Shown here one piece after another: positions 20,039 to 30,129 of a stretch of 64,000 nucleotides of DNA (within the stretch, counting starts at the first letter, position 1; each line of letters starts with the position of its first letter). The DNA comes from Candidatus Bathyarchaeia archaeon (GTDB lineage: Archaea > Thermoproteota > Bathyarchaeia > Bathyarchaeales > Bathycorpusculaceae). The notes beneath the pieces were generated by a model. That model saw nothing but the letters and a program-made list of their open reading frames with translations, ran no database searches and was not told the origin of the DNA. The position numbers and the translations under genes were made by a program. Location of the stretch: positions 9,781-73,780 of the forward strand of contig JAVZOF010000002.1 in NCBI GenBank assembly GCA_038882475.1, read 5' to 3'.

Positions 20039-21028
20039 CTATGCTTTTTGAGTTTTTAATTCGTTGATTTTGTTCTTCAGCGGCGGCACAATTTTGAATA
20101 GGTCTTCGACTATGCCGTAGTCTGAAAAGCTAAAGATCGGTGCCTTCGGGTCTTTGTTCACCGCTATTATCAAATCTGAGTTTTTCATTCCTAGAACATG
20201 CTGAAAAGCGCCACTTATTCCGAGGGCTATGTAAAGTTTCGGTTTTACAGTTTTTCCAGATGTGCCTACTTGCCGGTCGCTGGGAAGCCAACCTTTATCC
20301 ACTATTGGACGGGAACAAGCTAAGACTCCTCCGATGGATTTTGCCAATTCCTCTACCATAGGTATGTTACTTTGGTCTTTTATTCCCCTTCCAATGCCAA
20401 CCAACACTTCCGCAGCTGTTATATCTACACCTCCAGGCGGCGGCAAAACATACTGTAGGAACCGTTTTGTAGTTATTTCCTCTGTTATAGGTGAGGGAAT
20501 CTCTTCTATCTGCCCATCAGCTGGTGTTGGTGGTTTTTGAGCTTGGAAGGCGGCTTGCCGCAAGGTCACCATGTAACCTTCAGCCTTACGAAGCACAGCC
20601 TTAACGTTTACTTTTCCACCATACATTTGCCTTGTAACGGTGAATCTGTCGCCTTCGAAGGCTAGGTCTATGCAGTCCGTAGCCAACGGAATGTTTAATG
20701 CAGCTGCCAGCCTTGGGGCAAGCTCCACGCCGTAGGAAGTGTGACCAATGACTGTTAGGAGTGGTTTACGCTCTTTAAATATACGCGAAAGCACTTTTTG
20801 GTAGACATCCGAGTTAAAGTGTTCAAGTTTATCATCTTCAACAAGCAAAACCCTTTTTGCATATTCTGCCAGGTTTTTGGCGTATTCTCTAACGTTTTTA
20901 CCTAACAAAACAGCTGTTAGTTCGGCGCTGGTTTTTTCAGCTAGTTCTCGGGCTTTTGTTAACATTTCGAAGGTTATATCCCTTAGCTGTCCTTGTCTGT
21001 GCTCAGCTAAAACAAATATTTCAGCCAT
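20039..21028 (-). CDS. etfA: Electron transfer flavoprotein alpha subunit
   Basis: QVGTSGKTVKPKLYIALGISGAFQH, AVNKD. Confidence 0.95.
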   Translation of the reverse strand: MAEIFVLAEHRQGQLRDITFEMLTKARELAEKTSAELTAVLLGKNVREYAKNLAEYAKRVLLVEDDKLEHFNSDVYQKVLSRIFKERKPLLTVIGHTSYGVELAPRLAAALNIPLATDCIDLAFEGDRFTVTRQMYGGKVNVKAVLRKAEGYMVTLRQAAFQAQKPPTPADGQIEEIPSPITEEITTKRFLQYVLPPPGGVDITAAEVLVGIGRGIKDQSNIPMVEELAKSIGGVLACSRPIVDKGWLPSDRQVGTSGKTVKPKLYIALGISGAFQHVLGMKNSDLIIAVNKDPKAPIFSFSDYGIVEDLFKIVPPLKNKINELKTQKA

Positions 21029-21817
21029 CTAAACTAACCCCCTTGACTTCAGAATTTCGACAATTTTGATGGCTATTTCATCTGGGCTTCCTTGGAGAAA
21101 CTCTGCTTGCTTCTCAACTGGCGGAACATAAAGCTTCTCTATTTTCAGCCATGAACCTGCCTCGCCAACTTCGCTTTCACTTAAGCCAATGTCAGCCAAC
21201 CCCATGACCTTTATTTCCTTCTGCATTGCCTTGCGAATCCCCATTATTGAAACATAGCGGGGCTCGTTTATGCCCGTCTGAACAGTGAAAACCGCGGGCA
21301 GCTTAACCTCTAATTGCTCTTCTAAACCGCCTTCAAGTTCACGGTTAACCACAGCCTTTCCATTGCTAAATTCAATTTTTTTAACCATCGTAGCATGGGG
21401 AACACCCAGCAACTCCGCGAGAACAGGTCCAACCACGGCACTTCCATCATCTCCTGCCTGCGCTCCTGTTAAAATTAAGTCGAAGTGCAAGTTTTTGACG
21501 ACGCTGTAGAGGATTTTCGCTGTTGCATACGCGTCTGAGTTGGCGAATTTTAGGTCTGTTAAGCGTATAGCCTTGTCTGCACCGCGAGCCAAACATTTCC
21601 GCAAAGTACTGTCAGAATCTTCGGGACCGACGGTTATGGCTGTGACAGTTCCGCTGAACTTTTCTTTTATACGCACTGCCTCTTCTAAAGCATAGTCATC
21701 CCACTCGTTGATGTCAAAAACCAAGCCTGCTTTTTCTATGGTTTTGCCGCTTGCGTCGATTTTTAGTTCTGCTTCAGCTGTTTCTGGCACATGTTTAACA
21801 CAAACAATAATGTCCAA
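21029..21817 (-). CDS. etfB: Electron transfer flavoprotein beta subunit
   Basis: IVCVKHVP, INEWDDYALEEA, NEPRY. Confidence 0.95.
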   Translation of the reverse strand: MDIIVCVKHVPETAEAELKIDASGKTIEKAGLVFDINEWDDYALEEAVRIKEKFSGTVTAITVGPEDSDSTLRKCLARGADKAIRLTDLKFANSDAYATAKILYSVVKNLHFDLILTGAQAGDDGSAVVGPVLAELLGVPHATMVKKIEFSNGKAVVNRELEGGLEEQLEVKLPAVFTVQTGINEPRYVSIMGIRKAMQKEIKVMGLADIGLSESEVGEAGSWLKIEKLYVPPVEKQAEFLQGSPDEIAIKIVEILKSRGLV

Positions 21818-21943
21818 ACTAGATTCTCTCCCTAATACTTTTGGAAGATGTGTTCACGCTTGTTTTTCATATAATTTTTGCTTAGAAAAGTATACTTCAA
21901 AACATGCTTTGACATAAAACCTAGTATTCGCGTAAATGGTAGT

Positions 21944-24742
21944 CTACTTGTGCTTAAGCTGTTCTTTCAAAATTTCTTCAGCTTTTTCAATTGCTTTTTG
22001 CAGCTTTTCTGTGTCAGTTCCTCCTCCTTGGGCAAAGTTGGGTTTCCCTCCCCCTCCTCCACCTATTATCTTTGAGGCCTCTTTGACTATTTCGCCAGCG
22101 TTTGCGCCTTTGTTAACGGCTTTCTTTCCAGCCATAACCATTATTCTCGCGGTTTTTCCGTCAGTTCCATAGAAAATTGTAACTATTGCATCATCTCTTT
22201 TAATCAACTCGTTTGCCGTTTGAACCATGCGGTCAACATCGATATTTCCCTTGAAATCACGCAAAACAAGCTTGACACCACTTATATTGCGAACAACTTC
22301 AATTTCCGCCTCAGCGCTTACGCCAGCACTTTCCAGCTTCGCTATCTCTTTAATTAGCCTTCTCCTTTCCGTGTTTGCCTCTTTCAGTTCCTTAACAAGT
22401 TTTTCAGCAGTTTTGTCTAACTTTTCCAATGGAGCATTTAAGATTTCTGAAACCAACCAGAGCAGCTCCTCGTTCTTTTGCACTGCCTTCAACGCTTCAA
22501 TACCAACGGAATACACAAGCCTCTCTACACCATCTTGAATTCTTTCAGAATGAATTATTTTGATAAAGCCTATCTCTCCAGTGTTTTGCACATGGGTTCC
22601 GGCGCAAGCCTCCACTTCCCAGTCTCCAATCTTAACTATACGAATTTCCTTCCCGGGAACTGCACCGCCTTGATAAAGTCTAAACCCGTAACGGTTTTCA
22701 GCTTCGGTCCTAGGCATCCAAGAGATTTCAACGGGTATATTCCTTAAAACAGCCTCGTTGGCTAAAATTTCTATTTTTTGCACTTCTTCTCGCGTGAGGC
22801 GGCGGTAATGGGAAATGTCAAGCCTTGAACTTTCAACGCCTTTTTGAGTGCCGAACTGCCATACATGTTGCCCCAGAACCCGCCGCGCAGCAGCGTTAAC
22901 AATGTGGGTGGCGGTGTGAGCTTTCATTAGGGCGTAACGTCTATCCCAGTTTATAACGCCCTTAACTACACTACCTTCCTTGGGAGCCTTTCCCCCGCTA
23001 ATTTTGTGAACTATAACTTTACCAACCTTCTGAACATCAACAACCTCAGCGTTTTCCCCCTTAAACATTAGAAAGCCTGTGTCTGCTGGTTGTCCACCGC
23101 CTTCTGGGTAGAAGCATGTTCTATCTAGAACTACATGTTTATCTTGAAAGACTTTGACAACTGTTGCTTCAAATTCCCTCATGTATTGGTCTTTGTAGTA
23201 GAGTTCTTCTGTCTCTGGAAGCCCAGCCACTTCATTTTCAAGCCATTTTTCATGTTCACCTTCCTCTGTTGGCTTGGGTGTTTGCATGTGCCTTTCAGCA
23301 ATTAAGGCATAGAAATTTTCTGGAACTTTAACGGTTAAATCCTCATTTTCTGCTATTTCCTTAACGATTTCTGGTGAGAGACCATGAGAATCATATAGCT
23401 CAGTTAGGGTTTCAACTGGAATTTCGCCGACACCTTTTGATTTCAATTCTTCGGCTATTCGCCTTACTAGGCTTCCTCCACGCTTTATGGTTTCATCGAA
23501 CTTCTCTTCCTCTACTGAAAGTATCTCCATTATTTCGTCCCGCATTTCACGGAGATGCGGGTAATCCTTAGACCAATAATGGATTTGCATTTCAAAAATG
23601 TCGTAAAGCTTGTCGGAAATACCAAGCATTCTTAACAGTCGATATATCCTCCTAAACAGAAGCCTCGCCAAATAACCTTCTTGAATATTTGAAGGAACTA
23701 CACCTTCCGAAAGCATGAAGCTTAAACATTTTGTGTGATCTGCAATCGCAAAGGCATTCTCTATCGGGAACAAAAACTTATCCAACACATCTGCTTCTAC
23801 ACCAATCATTGCAGCTATTTTCTTTCTAGCTTCAAGCAGACCAGCAGTTTTATCTAAACTTACAAGGCCGGAAACTTTTGCAACTTTTGCCAGCAGATCT
23901 TGATTAATTTTGGTTATTCCAGCCATTTTGAAGATTTTATCAAGCAATTCGCCGTAAATTGTGTGGAAGGCGCTTGGAGCGCCTTGTGAAAGCCAAGCGA
24001 AACGTTCTATGCCATAGCCGGTGTCCACAGTTCTTATTGGCAATTTGACAAATTTGTCGTTTATGACTTTGTATTGCATGAAAACCAGAGTGGCAACTTC
24101 TAATCCTCCGACGATGCATTCAAGGCATGGTCCAGCGTTCCCCCCTCCGGACCAAACTTCCTCTTTGTAGGTTATCTCCTCTGGTTTTATGCCGAGTTCT
24201 TCGGTGGCAAACAGATGATGGTATCTCACTGTTTGGTCTTTCCAATAAACCTCTTTATCTGGGTAATTAAACGCGTGGTGTCCGCCCATTTCAAAAATGG
24301 TTACATATTTACCGAAGGTTGGACCAGTGTTGGTTATATCCACCAAGCGAATGCACGGTTGAGCTATGACTAGGGGGTTTGCTGGCGGCGGCGCAATTCC
24401 TTCAGTTACGTATGGTTGAAAGTCTATTATACTGGCGTGGGTTAGGTAAATATCATCTCTCCACCTTGCAACAACGGGGTAAGGCTTAATGCGCATGTGC
24501 CCATGTCTTTCAAAAAAGGATAGAAAGGCTTCACGCATTTCACGCAAAGTATAACTTCTTTTTGTAGGAGGATTACCTATAAAAGTATAAACGGCACAGC
24601 CTTCAGCCCTTGCTTCTCCACACGTTTCTTGTTCAGGGTTAAGGGTCCAAAAATGTGTATTGCATGTTGGGCAAAACTTTCTGACATAGCCTAACTCTTT
24701 GAAAAAAGGAAGCGTGTATTCTTCGGCTGGAAATTTTTCCAA
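21944..24742 (-). CDS. alaS: Alanine--tRNA ligase (archaeal type)
   Basis: QPCIR, VDTGYGIER, editing HTATH/CAGTH, C-terminal GGGGGG..FAQGGG. Confidence 0.97.
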   Translation of the reverse strand: MEKFPAEEYTLPFFKELGYVRKFCPTCNTHFWTLNPEQETCGEARAEGCAVYTFIGNPPTKRSYTLREMREAFLSFFERHGHMRIKPYPVVARWRDDIYLTHASIIDFQPYVTEGIAPPPANPLVIAQPCIRLVDITNTGPTFGKYVTIFEMGGHHAFNYPDKEVYWKDQTVRYHHLFATEELGIKPEEITYKEEVWSGGGNAGPCLECIVGGLEVATLVFMQYKVINDKFVKLPIRTVDTGYGIERFAWLSQGAPSAFHTIYGELLDKIFKMAGITKINQDLLAKVAKVSGLVSLDKTAGLLEARKKIAAMIGVEADVLDKFLFPIENAFAIADHTKCLSFMLSEGVVPSNIQEGYLARLLFRRIYRLLRMLGISDKLYDIFEMQIHYWSKDYPHLREMRDEIMEILSVEEEKFDETIKRGGSLVRRIAEELKSKGVGEIPVETLTELYDSHGLSPEIVKEIAENEDLTVKVPENFYALIAERHMQTPKPTEEGEHEKWLENEVAGLPETEELYYKDQYMREFEATVVKVFQDKHVVLDRTCFYPEGGGQPADTGFLMFKGENAEVVDVQKVGKVIVHKISGGKAPKEGSVVKGVINWDRRYALMKAHTATHIVNAAARRVLGQHVWQFGTQKGVESSRLDISHYRRLTREEVQKIEILANEAVLRNIPVEISWMPRTEAENRYGFRLYQGGAVPGKEIRIVKIGDWEVEACAGTHVQNTGEIGFIKIIHSERIQDGVERLVYSVGIEALKAVQKNEELLWLVSEILNAPLEKLDKTAEKLVKELKEANTERRRLIKEIAKLESAGVSAEAEIEVVRNISGVKLVLRDFKGNIDVDRMVQTANELIKRDDAIVTIFYGTDGKTARIMVMAGKKAVNKGANAGEIVKEASKIIGGGGGGKPNFAQGGGTDTEKLQKAIEKAEEILKEQLKHK

Positions 24743-24830
24743 AGTTATCTAACGCCCCAAACTCTGGCTTATTTTTTGGCTCTGCGCGTTTTCAATGGAT
24801 AAACGAGTCTCCAACATTTAAACTATTTCA

Positions 24831-25139
24831 CTATCCAAGTTTAAGGCCTACCAGAAAACCAGCAATAAAACTTGCAGCGAATGGCAGTAAAGCTATTGTA
24901 TGAACAAGCCAAGAAAGAGCGTTGCTGGCTAACCCCAACAGGTTGCCGATAAGTGTGAGGAGCGCCTCATAGTTTATGCTTATTACTCCTTTCACTCCTA
25001 AATATATGAGAACAGCAATAAACAAGCCTATTAAGACGAGTATGAGTTTGCTTAATTTCTTAAGGGCGAATCCAACTACGAAGCCGCCTATGCCCCCTAT
25101 GCCAAGCTCGTAGACAATAGGGGGTAAAACCTCGCTCAT
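24831..25139 (-). CDS. FUN14-family membrane protein
   Basis: LGIGGIGGFVVGFALKK...SFIAGFLVGLKLG. Confidence 0.8.
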   Translation of the reverse strand: MSEVLPPIVYELGIGGIGGFVVGFALKKLSKLILVLIGLFIAVLIYLGVKGVISINYEALLTLIGNLLGLASNALSWLVHTIALLPFAASFIAGFLVGLKLG

Positions 25140-25243
25140 TAAGGGGTTTCTCCAAATATCAAGCACCTCGCGCCGCTTTAAAACTTATTGGCTTTATTAA
25201 CACTTTTAGGAAACATAACAAAAGGCAGGGGAAGAGACTGGGT

Positions 25244-25585
25244 TTGCTCAAAAAATATACCTACTTTAATCTTGCTTTAACCCTTGGCATGTTCACTGTT
25301 TTAGTTTTCAGAGCGTGGATCGAGTTGAAAAATTATAAAATTATGTGGAGGGAGCTAGAGTGGAGGCAAACCTATCAGGCTGTGGGACGCATACTTAAAG
25401 CTGAAAGGGATATGTTTTGTAGGGTTGAAGGCGATGAAGAGCTTTACCGACTGCTCTGTGAAATTTTCAAAGTCAAAGAAAATGAAAAACGTAAACATCT
25501 CATGGAAAGTGCCACTCATCCATCAACTCGCCCATCGAGAAACTCTGCCGTTTTTCCATCCCGTAACGCACAAGAGGCTTTGTAA
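25244..25585 (+). CDS. Hypothetical protein with N-terminal hydrophobic helix
   Basis: Fills the gap between FUN14 and tiaS; 3' end overlaps tiaS antisense by about 86 nt. Confidence 0.5.
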   Translation: MLKKYTYFNLALTLGMFTVLVFRAWIELKNYKIMWRELEWRQTYQAVGRILKAERDMFCRVEGDEELYRLLCEIFKVKENEKRKHLMESATHPSTRPSRNSAVFPSRNAQEAL

Positions 25586-26843
25586 GATGCCTCTGAGACC
25601 TCGGCGAAGTAACATACAACCCCTTTTTCAATTTTCGCTTAACTTTGACGACAATTTTGCTGAAGTTTGGGAAGCGTTGACCACATTTTTCGCATCTGTA
25701 GCCTTTACCCTTTCCCATGGATTTCAACCGCTTGCCGCACTGCGGGCAAGTTGGGTTGTGATAAACTAGTTGTGGGGCAAGTTTTAGTAAACGAAGTTTT
25801 TCAAGGTTTATGGTTAATGGGCGATTTCGAGATGGGGGACGAACACCACCGTAAACTTCAATGTAATCTCCTTCAACAAGCTCACTTGCCACCTTTCTTA
25901 AGTTACCGGTGGGCGCGTAGGCAGCACAGTTAACACAACCACTCTTATCTCCAATTGAAAAGATAACATGTCTTCTTGGAATTATCTTCGGATTTGCCGC
26001 CACAGTTCCTTTAACAATCACCGGATGATATGGTTTTATTTGGCTTAATTGCTTGATACGCTTTAGATGGGCGTCTGTGCCGTGGTTTGTGCGAAAAATC
26101 ACCCATCTTTCAATAGGCTCAAGCGGCTTAACCATTTTAAAAGCCTTTTTAATAACCTCTGGGCTTTCGCCCCTTATACCGAAAAGGATGGGGTCTGGTC
26201 CGCGGGGCGTTATTAGGATTCTGCCGGTTTCTGGGTCAACATTGTTAAACGTGTAGGGAGCTGTAGCTCTATCCATTTCCACAATGGAGGCTTCGTCTAT
26301 CTTCCTTTTTAAGCCATAGTTTTCTGGGGTACGATATGCAATAATTTCGAATGTGTAGTCGTCTTGCAAGGTTTCACCTACAGCCGCCAAACCGCCTATT
26401 ATTCCACGTCCACTTTTAAAGCCAAAAGCCTCAGCTTTGAACCGTTTTAAAATTTTAAGGGCTGTTTTCATGTCAACAACTCCGGTTATGGCGTTTTTGG
26501 CGAAAGTCTTAACTTCCTTTGGGATTTTTGCCCTTGCGAAGAAGACAATGCCAGGCTCTGTGCCTTTATATTCCAAATCAGCATTTTCCTCTACGGTGTC
26601 TATAACTGCTTCTTTAACCTTGTCGACGATTTCTTCATCGCATTTTATTCGCAGACAGAGGGCGCCATTTCCTCTGGTTTTCCATGGAACATTTGGATTT
26701 AGCCTAATCAGGTTTGGATAGTCAGTAAACTGCACTCTAAGTTTGTGAAGTTTCTCTACGAGAAGAGCTGCAATGTGGGTTGTGCATCCTTTTCTCGGCG
26801 AATCTGTGTCGTCGAAGCCTATATGTATTTGTTGAAGAGCCAT
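25500..26843 (-). CDS. tiaS: tRNA(Ile2) agmatinylcytidine synthase
   Basis: IGFDDTDS..GCTT, LIRLNPNVPWKTRGN, TNHGTD, C-terminal Zn ribbon, RHLTKP. Confidence 0.95.
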   Translation of the reverse strand: MALQQIHIGFDDTDSPRKGCTTHIAALLVEKLHKLRVQFTDYPNLIRLNPNVPWKTRGNGALCLRIKCDEEIVDKVKEAVIDTVEENADLEYKGTEPGIVFFARAKIPKEVKTFAKNAITGVVDMKTALKILKRFKAEAFGFKSGRGIIGGLAAVGETLQDDYTFEIIAYRTPENYGLKRKIDEASIVEMDRATAPYTFNNVDPETGRILITPRGPDPILFGIRGESPEVIKKAFKMVKPLEPIERWVIFRTNHGTDAHLKRIKQLSQIKPYHPVIVKGTVAANPKIIPRRHVIFSIGDKSGCVNCAAYAPTGNLRKVASELVEGDYIEVYGGVRPPSRNRPLTINLEKLRLLKLAPQLVYHNPTCPQCGKRLKSMGKGKGYRCEKCGQRFPNFSKIVVKVKRKLKKGLYVTSPRSQRHLTKPLVRYGMEKRQSFSMGELMDEWHFP

Positions 26844-26937
26844 TTGTTACAGCCTAAAAGCCATTACGCTTTCGAAAGCTAAAAAGAGTGTGTTTGAAAG
26901 TTTTTGGATTACGGTGTGAAATAAAAGGGAGAATAGG

Positions 26938-27180
26938 CTATTTTGGTGATTCTTCAACTATTATCATTGTTAGGGTTGACCTAACCTTGTCAAGCCTTCT
27001 AATGCGCCAGGTCACAATTTCCTTCAGCTTATCCATTGATTCCGCGCCAACTCTGGCAATTATGTCGTAAACTCCGTAAACAGCAAAAGCTTCTTCAACG
27101 CCTTCAATCTTCTTTAAGTCTTTTAAGACGTCTGCTTCTGAACCTATTTCCGTGTTAATTAACACAAAGGCTTTAGGCAT
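26938..27180 (-). CDS. Stand-alone Lrp/AsnC ligand-binding (RAM) domain protein
   Basis: AFVLIN...VYGVYDIIA...VRSTLTMI; no HTH. Confidence 0.88.
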   Translation of the reverse strand: MPKAFVLINTEIGSEADVLKDLKKIEGVEEAFAVYGVYDIIARVGAESMDKLKEIVTWRIRRLDKVRSTLTMIIVEESPK

Positions 27181-27308
27181 TTAAACCTCCTCGTATTATT
27201 GTCTGTTCTGATTGCATTAAAATATTTTGTTGTTATAAAGCAGTCTAATTTCATCTTTAGAAAATATTCTTATCTCTAATCGGAGATATTAGCTGTTAGG
27301 TCTAAAGT

Positions 27309-28862
27309 ATGACGAACGAAAATGCTGTTGAGGGTTATATTACAAGTAGTGAGATGCGAGCTTTAGAGTTGAACGCTGAATATTTTGGGGTTTCACAGCT
27401 TCAACTTATGGAAAATGCTGGGCGCAACGTAGCCTTAGAAATAGCTTCAAAGTTTAAGCCAGACCAAAGTGTCGCAATTTTCTGTGGTTTAGGCGGCAAC
27501 GGCGGAGATGGATTTGTTGCAGCGCGACATCTTTTAGCAATGGGCTTTAAAGTTACAGTAATTCTCGCAGGAAAAGCCAAGGAAATCTCCCATAAAGCAG
27601 CCTTAGAAAATTGGAGGGCACTGCAATTTTTGAAGGAAAGCATAACCATTCATGAAGTTTACGACAGCGCCCTTATTCCAGACATAAACGCGGAAGTCGT
27701 TGTTGACGCGCTTCTTGGCACTGGAACCAAGGGCAAACTGAAACCGCCAATACAACAACTTGTTGAAAAAATTAACTTTTCAAAAGCCTTTAAAGTGGCT
27801 GTTGACGTGCCCACAGGAATAGACTCTGACACTGGAGAAGTTTTAGGAGCTGCCGTGAAAGCCAACTTGACACTAACTTTTTACAAAACGAAAAAGGGGC
27901 TTGAAAACGCAAGAGAATATGTTGGTGAATTGATTGTGAAAGATATCGGTTTACCAAAAGAGTTGGAAAATTACGCTGGACCAGGAGATGTCGCCCTCGC
28001 TTTAAAAAAACGGGTTCCAGAATCCCATAAAGGAGACTATGGGAGACTGCTTGTAATTGGCGGAAGCGAAACCTTCTCAGGCGCCCCGGCTTTGGTGGCA
28101 CTTTCCGCTCTACGGACGGGCGTTGATTTGGCGTATGTTGCCGCTCCGTGGAAAACTGCCCATGACATTTCAGCCATGTCGCCAGACCTGATCACCATAA
28201 AACTTGATGGAGACCACCTAAACATAACCAATATACCGCCACTAAAAGCCTATGTTGAAAGGGTAGACGCCGTAGTTCTAGGTCCTGGATTGGGGTTGCA
28301 TGCTGAAACAAAGGATGCTGTTAAGATTTTGATTGAAATTATTGAAAGTGCTTGTAAACCGCTTTTGCTAGATGCTGATGGCTTGAAAGCTTTTGCAGAG
28401 TTTAAAAGGAAATTAAATGTGCCATCGGTTTTGACTCCCCATGCTGGAGAATACGCTGTACTAACTGGTAGAAAACTTCTTGAAAACCTAACAGACAAGG
28501 CTTCAGAGGCGCAGAAAACCGCTGCAGAATTAGGTGCCGCGTTGCTTCTTAAAGGTCCAGTAGACATTATCGCCAATGAAAAACGCTTCAAACTTAATTT
28601 TACCGGAAATCCAGGCATGACTGTTGGCGGAACCGGAGACGTGCTTTCCGGAATTGTTGGGGCTTTTCTGGCGCAGGGCGCAGATCCCTTTGAAGCTGCT
28701 GTTGCCGGAGCCTTCGTTAACGGTGCTGCTGGAGACTTTGTTTTTGAAGAGAAGGGCTACCACATGGTTGCATCTGACCTTTTAGAATGGATTCCAAAAG
28801 TGCTGGACAACCCTATGAGCCATTCAAAGGTGCGAAATACAGGTGCAGCGAAAACCAATTAA
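27309..28862 (+). CDS. nnr: Bifunctional NAD(P)H-hydrate epimerase/dehydratase
   Basis: LMENAG, GGNGGDG, DALLGTG, HKGDYG, TPHAGE, GGTGDVL. Confidence 0.94.
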   Translation: MTNENAVEGYITSSEMRALELNAEYFGVSQLQLMENAGRNVALEIASKFKPDQSVAIFCGLGGNGGDGFVAARHLLAMGFKVTVILAGKAKEISHKAALENWRALQFLKESITIHEVYDSALIPDINAEVVVDALLGTGTKGKLKPPIQQLVEKINFSKAFKVAVDVPTGIDSDTGEVLGAAVKANLTLTFYKTKKGLENAREYVGELIVKDIGLPKELENYAGPGDVALALKKRVPESHKGDYGRLLVIGGSETFSGAPALVALSALRTGVDLAYVAAPWKTAHDISAMSPDLITIKLDGDHLNITNIPPLKAYVERVDAVVLGPGLGLHAETKDAVKILIEIIESACKPLLLDADGLKAFAEFKRKLNVPSVLTPHAGEYAVLTGRKLLENLTDKASEAQKTAAELGAALLLKGPVDIIANEKRFKLNFTGNPGMTVGGTGDVLSGIVGAFLAQGADPFEAAVAGAFVNGAAGDFVFEEKGYHMVASDLLEWIPKVLDNPMSHSKVRNTGAAKTN

Positions 28863-29367
28863 AATCATCGTTTACCACGCTGGACAATGTGACCCTAAAA
28901 AATGCACAGCTCTAAAGCTTAAACGCCACGGACTAGTTCGCCTAGTGCGTCAAATCAAGTTTCTGCCGAGAAGGGCTGTTGTCTTAAACCCTCTCTCAAA
29001 AATTGCCTTTTCGCCAGCAGACAGAGAACGCATAGAGGAACATGGCCTGGTGGCGTTAGACTTTAGCTGGGAACACGCTGAAAAACCATTACTAAAAAAC
29101 GTTAGAGGAACATCTAGATGTCTTCCATATTTGGTTGCTGGAAACCCCGTCAATTTTGGATGCCCCACGAAACTTAGCACTGTTGAAGCCTTATCCGCGG
29201 CTTTATACATAGCTGGATTCAAGGAAGAAGCTTATAGGCTACTTTCAGTATTTAAGTGGGGACACACGTTCATCGACATAAACAAAGAAAGACTTGAAAG
29301 CTACGCCATGGCAAAAAACAGCAACGAAGTAGTTAAATTTCAAGAACGTTTCGTAAAAATTATTTAA
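28843..29367 (+). CDS. tsr3: 16S rRNA aminocarboxypropyltransferase Tsr3
   Basis: CDPKKCTA, DFSW, LPYLVAGNPVNFG..KLSTVEA, FKWG. Confidence 0.93.
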   Translation: MQRKPIKIIVYHAGQCDPKKCTALKLKRHGLVRLVRQIKFLPRRAVVLNPLSKIAFSPADRERIEEHGLVALDFSWEHAEKPLLKNVRGTSRCLPYLVAGNPVNFGCPTKLSTVEALSAALYIAGFKEEAYRLLSVFKWGHTFIDINKERLESYAMAKNSNEVVKFQERFVKII

Positions 29368-29385
29368 AACTCTGTGCTCAGTCGT

Positions 29386-30045
29386 TTACCTTTGGAATTT
29401 TCTGCAATGTTCTCCGCAATGCATGAAGACGTCTATAAGAGATTTCACAGATGAAGCCTCTTTCAATTCACCTATTAAATATAGCCTCGACTCTTTTTCG
29501 CTGAGGGATAAACGTTTAATGAAAGCCTTCATTTCAAGAATATGTTTCTGGAGGCGATGGTCTGAAAGGAATTTATCTGCAATTTCTTGATTTGAGGCTA
29601 AGACAGCGAAATGTTTGTAAAAATCGTCATCCGAAATCACGCGAATTAGACCCCTTTCAGAAGCCACTTTCCAGCATAGTTTCTCTTCCTTTATTGGGAG
29701 AATTTCCATACTGAGAGGAACAGAGTCCTTGAAGAAACCCCAGCACGCCAGACGGTCTTTGTCCTTTGTAAGTAAAGCTAGTGGGTAATGCATTAGATTT
29801 TCGCGGTCCACGAGGCTGACAGCCATTTCGATTTCCGTGAAAGGTTCTTTCTCCTTGAGCTTGCATAGAGTTCGGAATCCGCCGCGACTGTAGGGACGAA
29901 AGCCCACGAAACTGCTGTGCGGCGACATGTGCTCTTTAATGGTTCTCGCGTAGTTGACTGCAATTTTTCTGTTCCGATACATGCCAATGAAATAGGTTAT
30001 TAGGAATAGGAAGGCAAGAGCGAAAATTAGGGTTATCTCGTACAT
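29386..30045 (-). CDS. Single-TM membrane protein, possibly CCDC47/DUF1682-like
   Basis: One N-terminal TM helix then a soluble domain; GGAG-type RBS; divergent from cstA; resemblance to CCDC47 is by eye only. Confidence 0.7.
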   Translation of the reverse strand: MYEITLIFALAFLFLITYFIGMYRNRKIAVNYARTIKEHMSPHSSFVGFRPYSRGGFRTLCKLKEKEPFTEIEMAVSLVDRENLMHYPLALLTKDKDRLACWGFFKDSVPLSMEILPIKEEKLCWKVASERGLIRVISDDDFYKHFAVLASNQEIADKFLSDHRLQKHILEMKAFIKRLSLSEKESRLYLIGELKEASSVKSLIDVFMHCGEHCRKFQR

Positions 30046-30129
30046 GCCACCGCTCCTTCTAATGTTTAGTTCTATCGCAAGTCTTATATTAAGATGACCA
30101 GCTAAACCATAAAAACCGAGGGACGAAAC

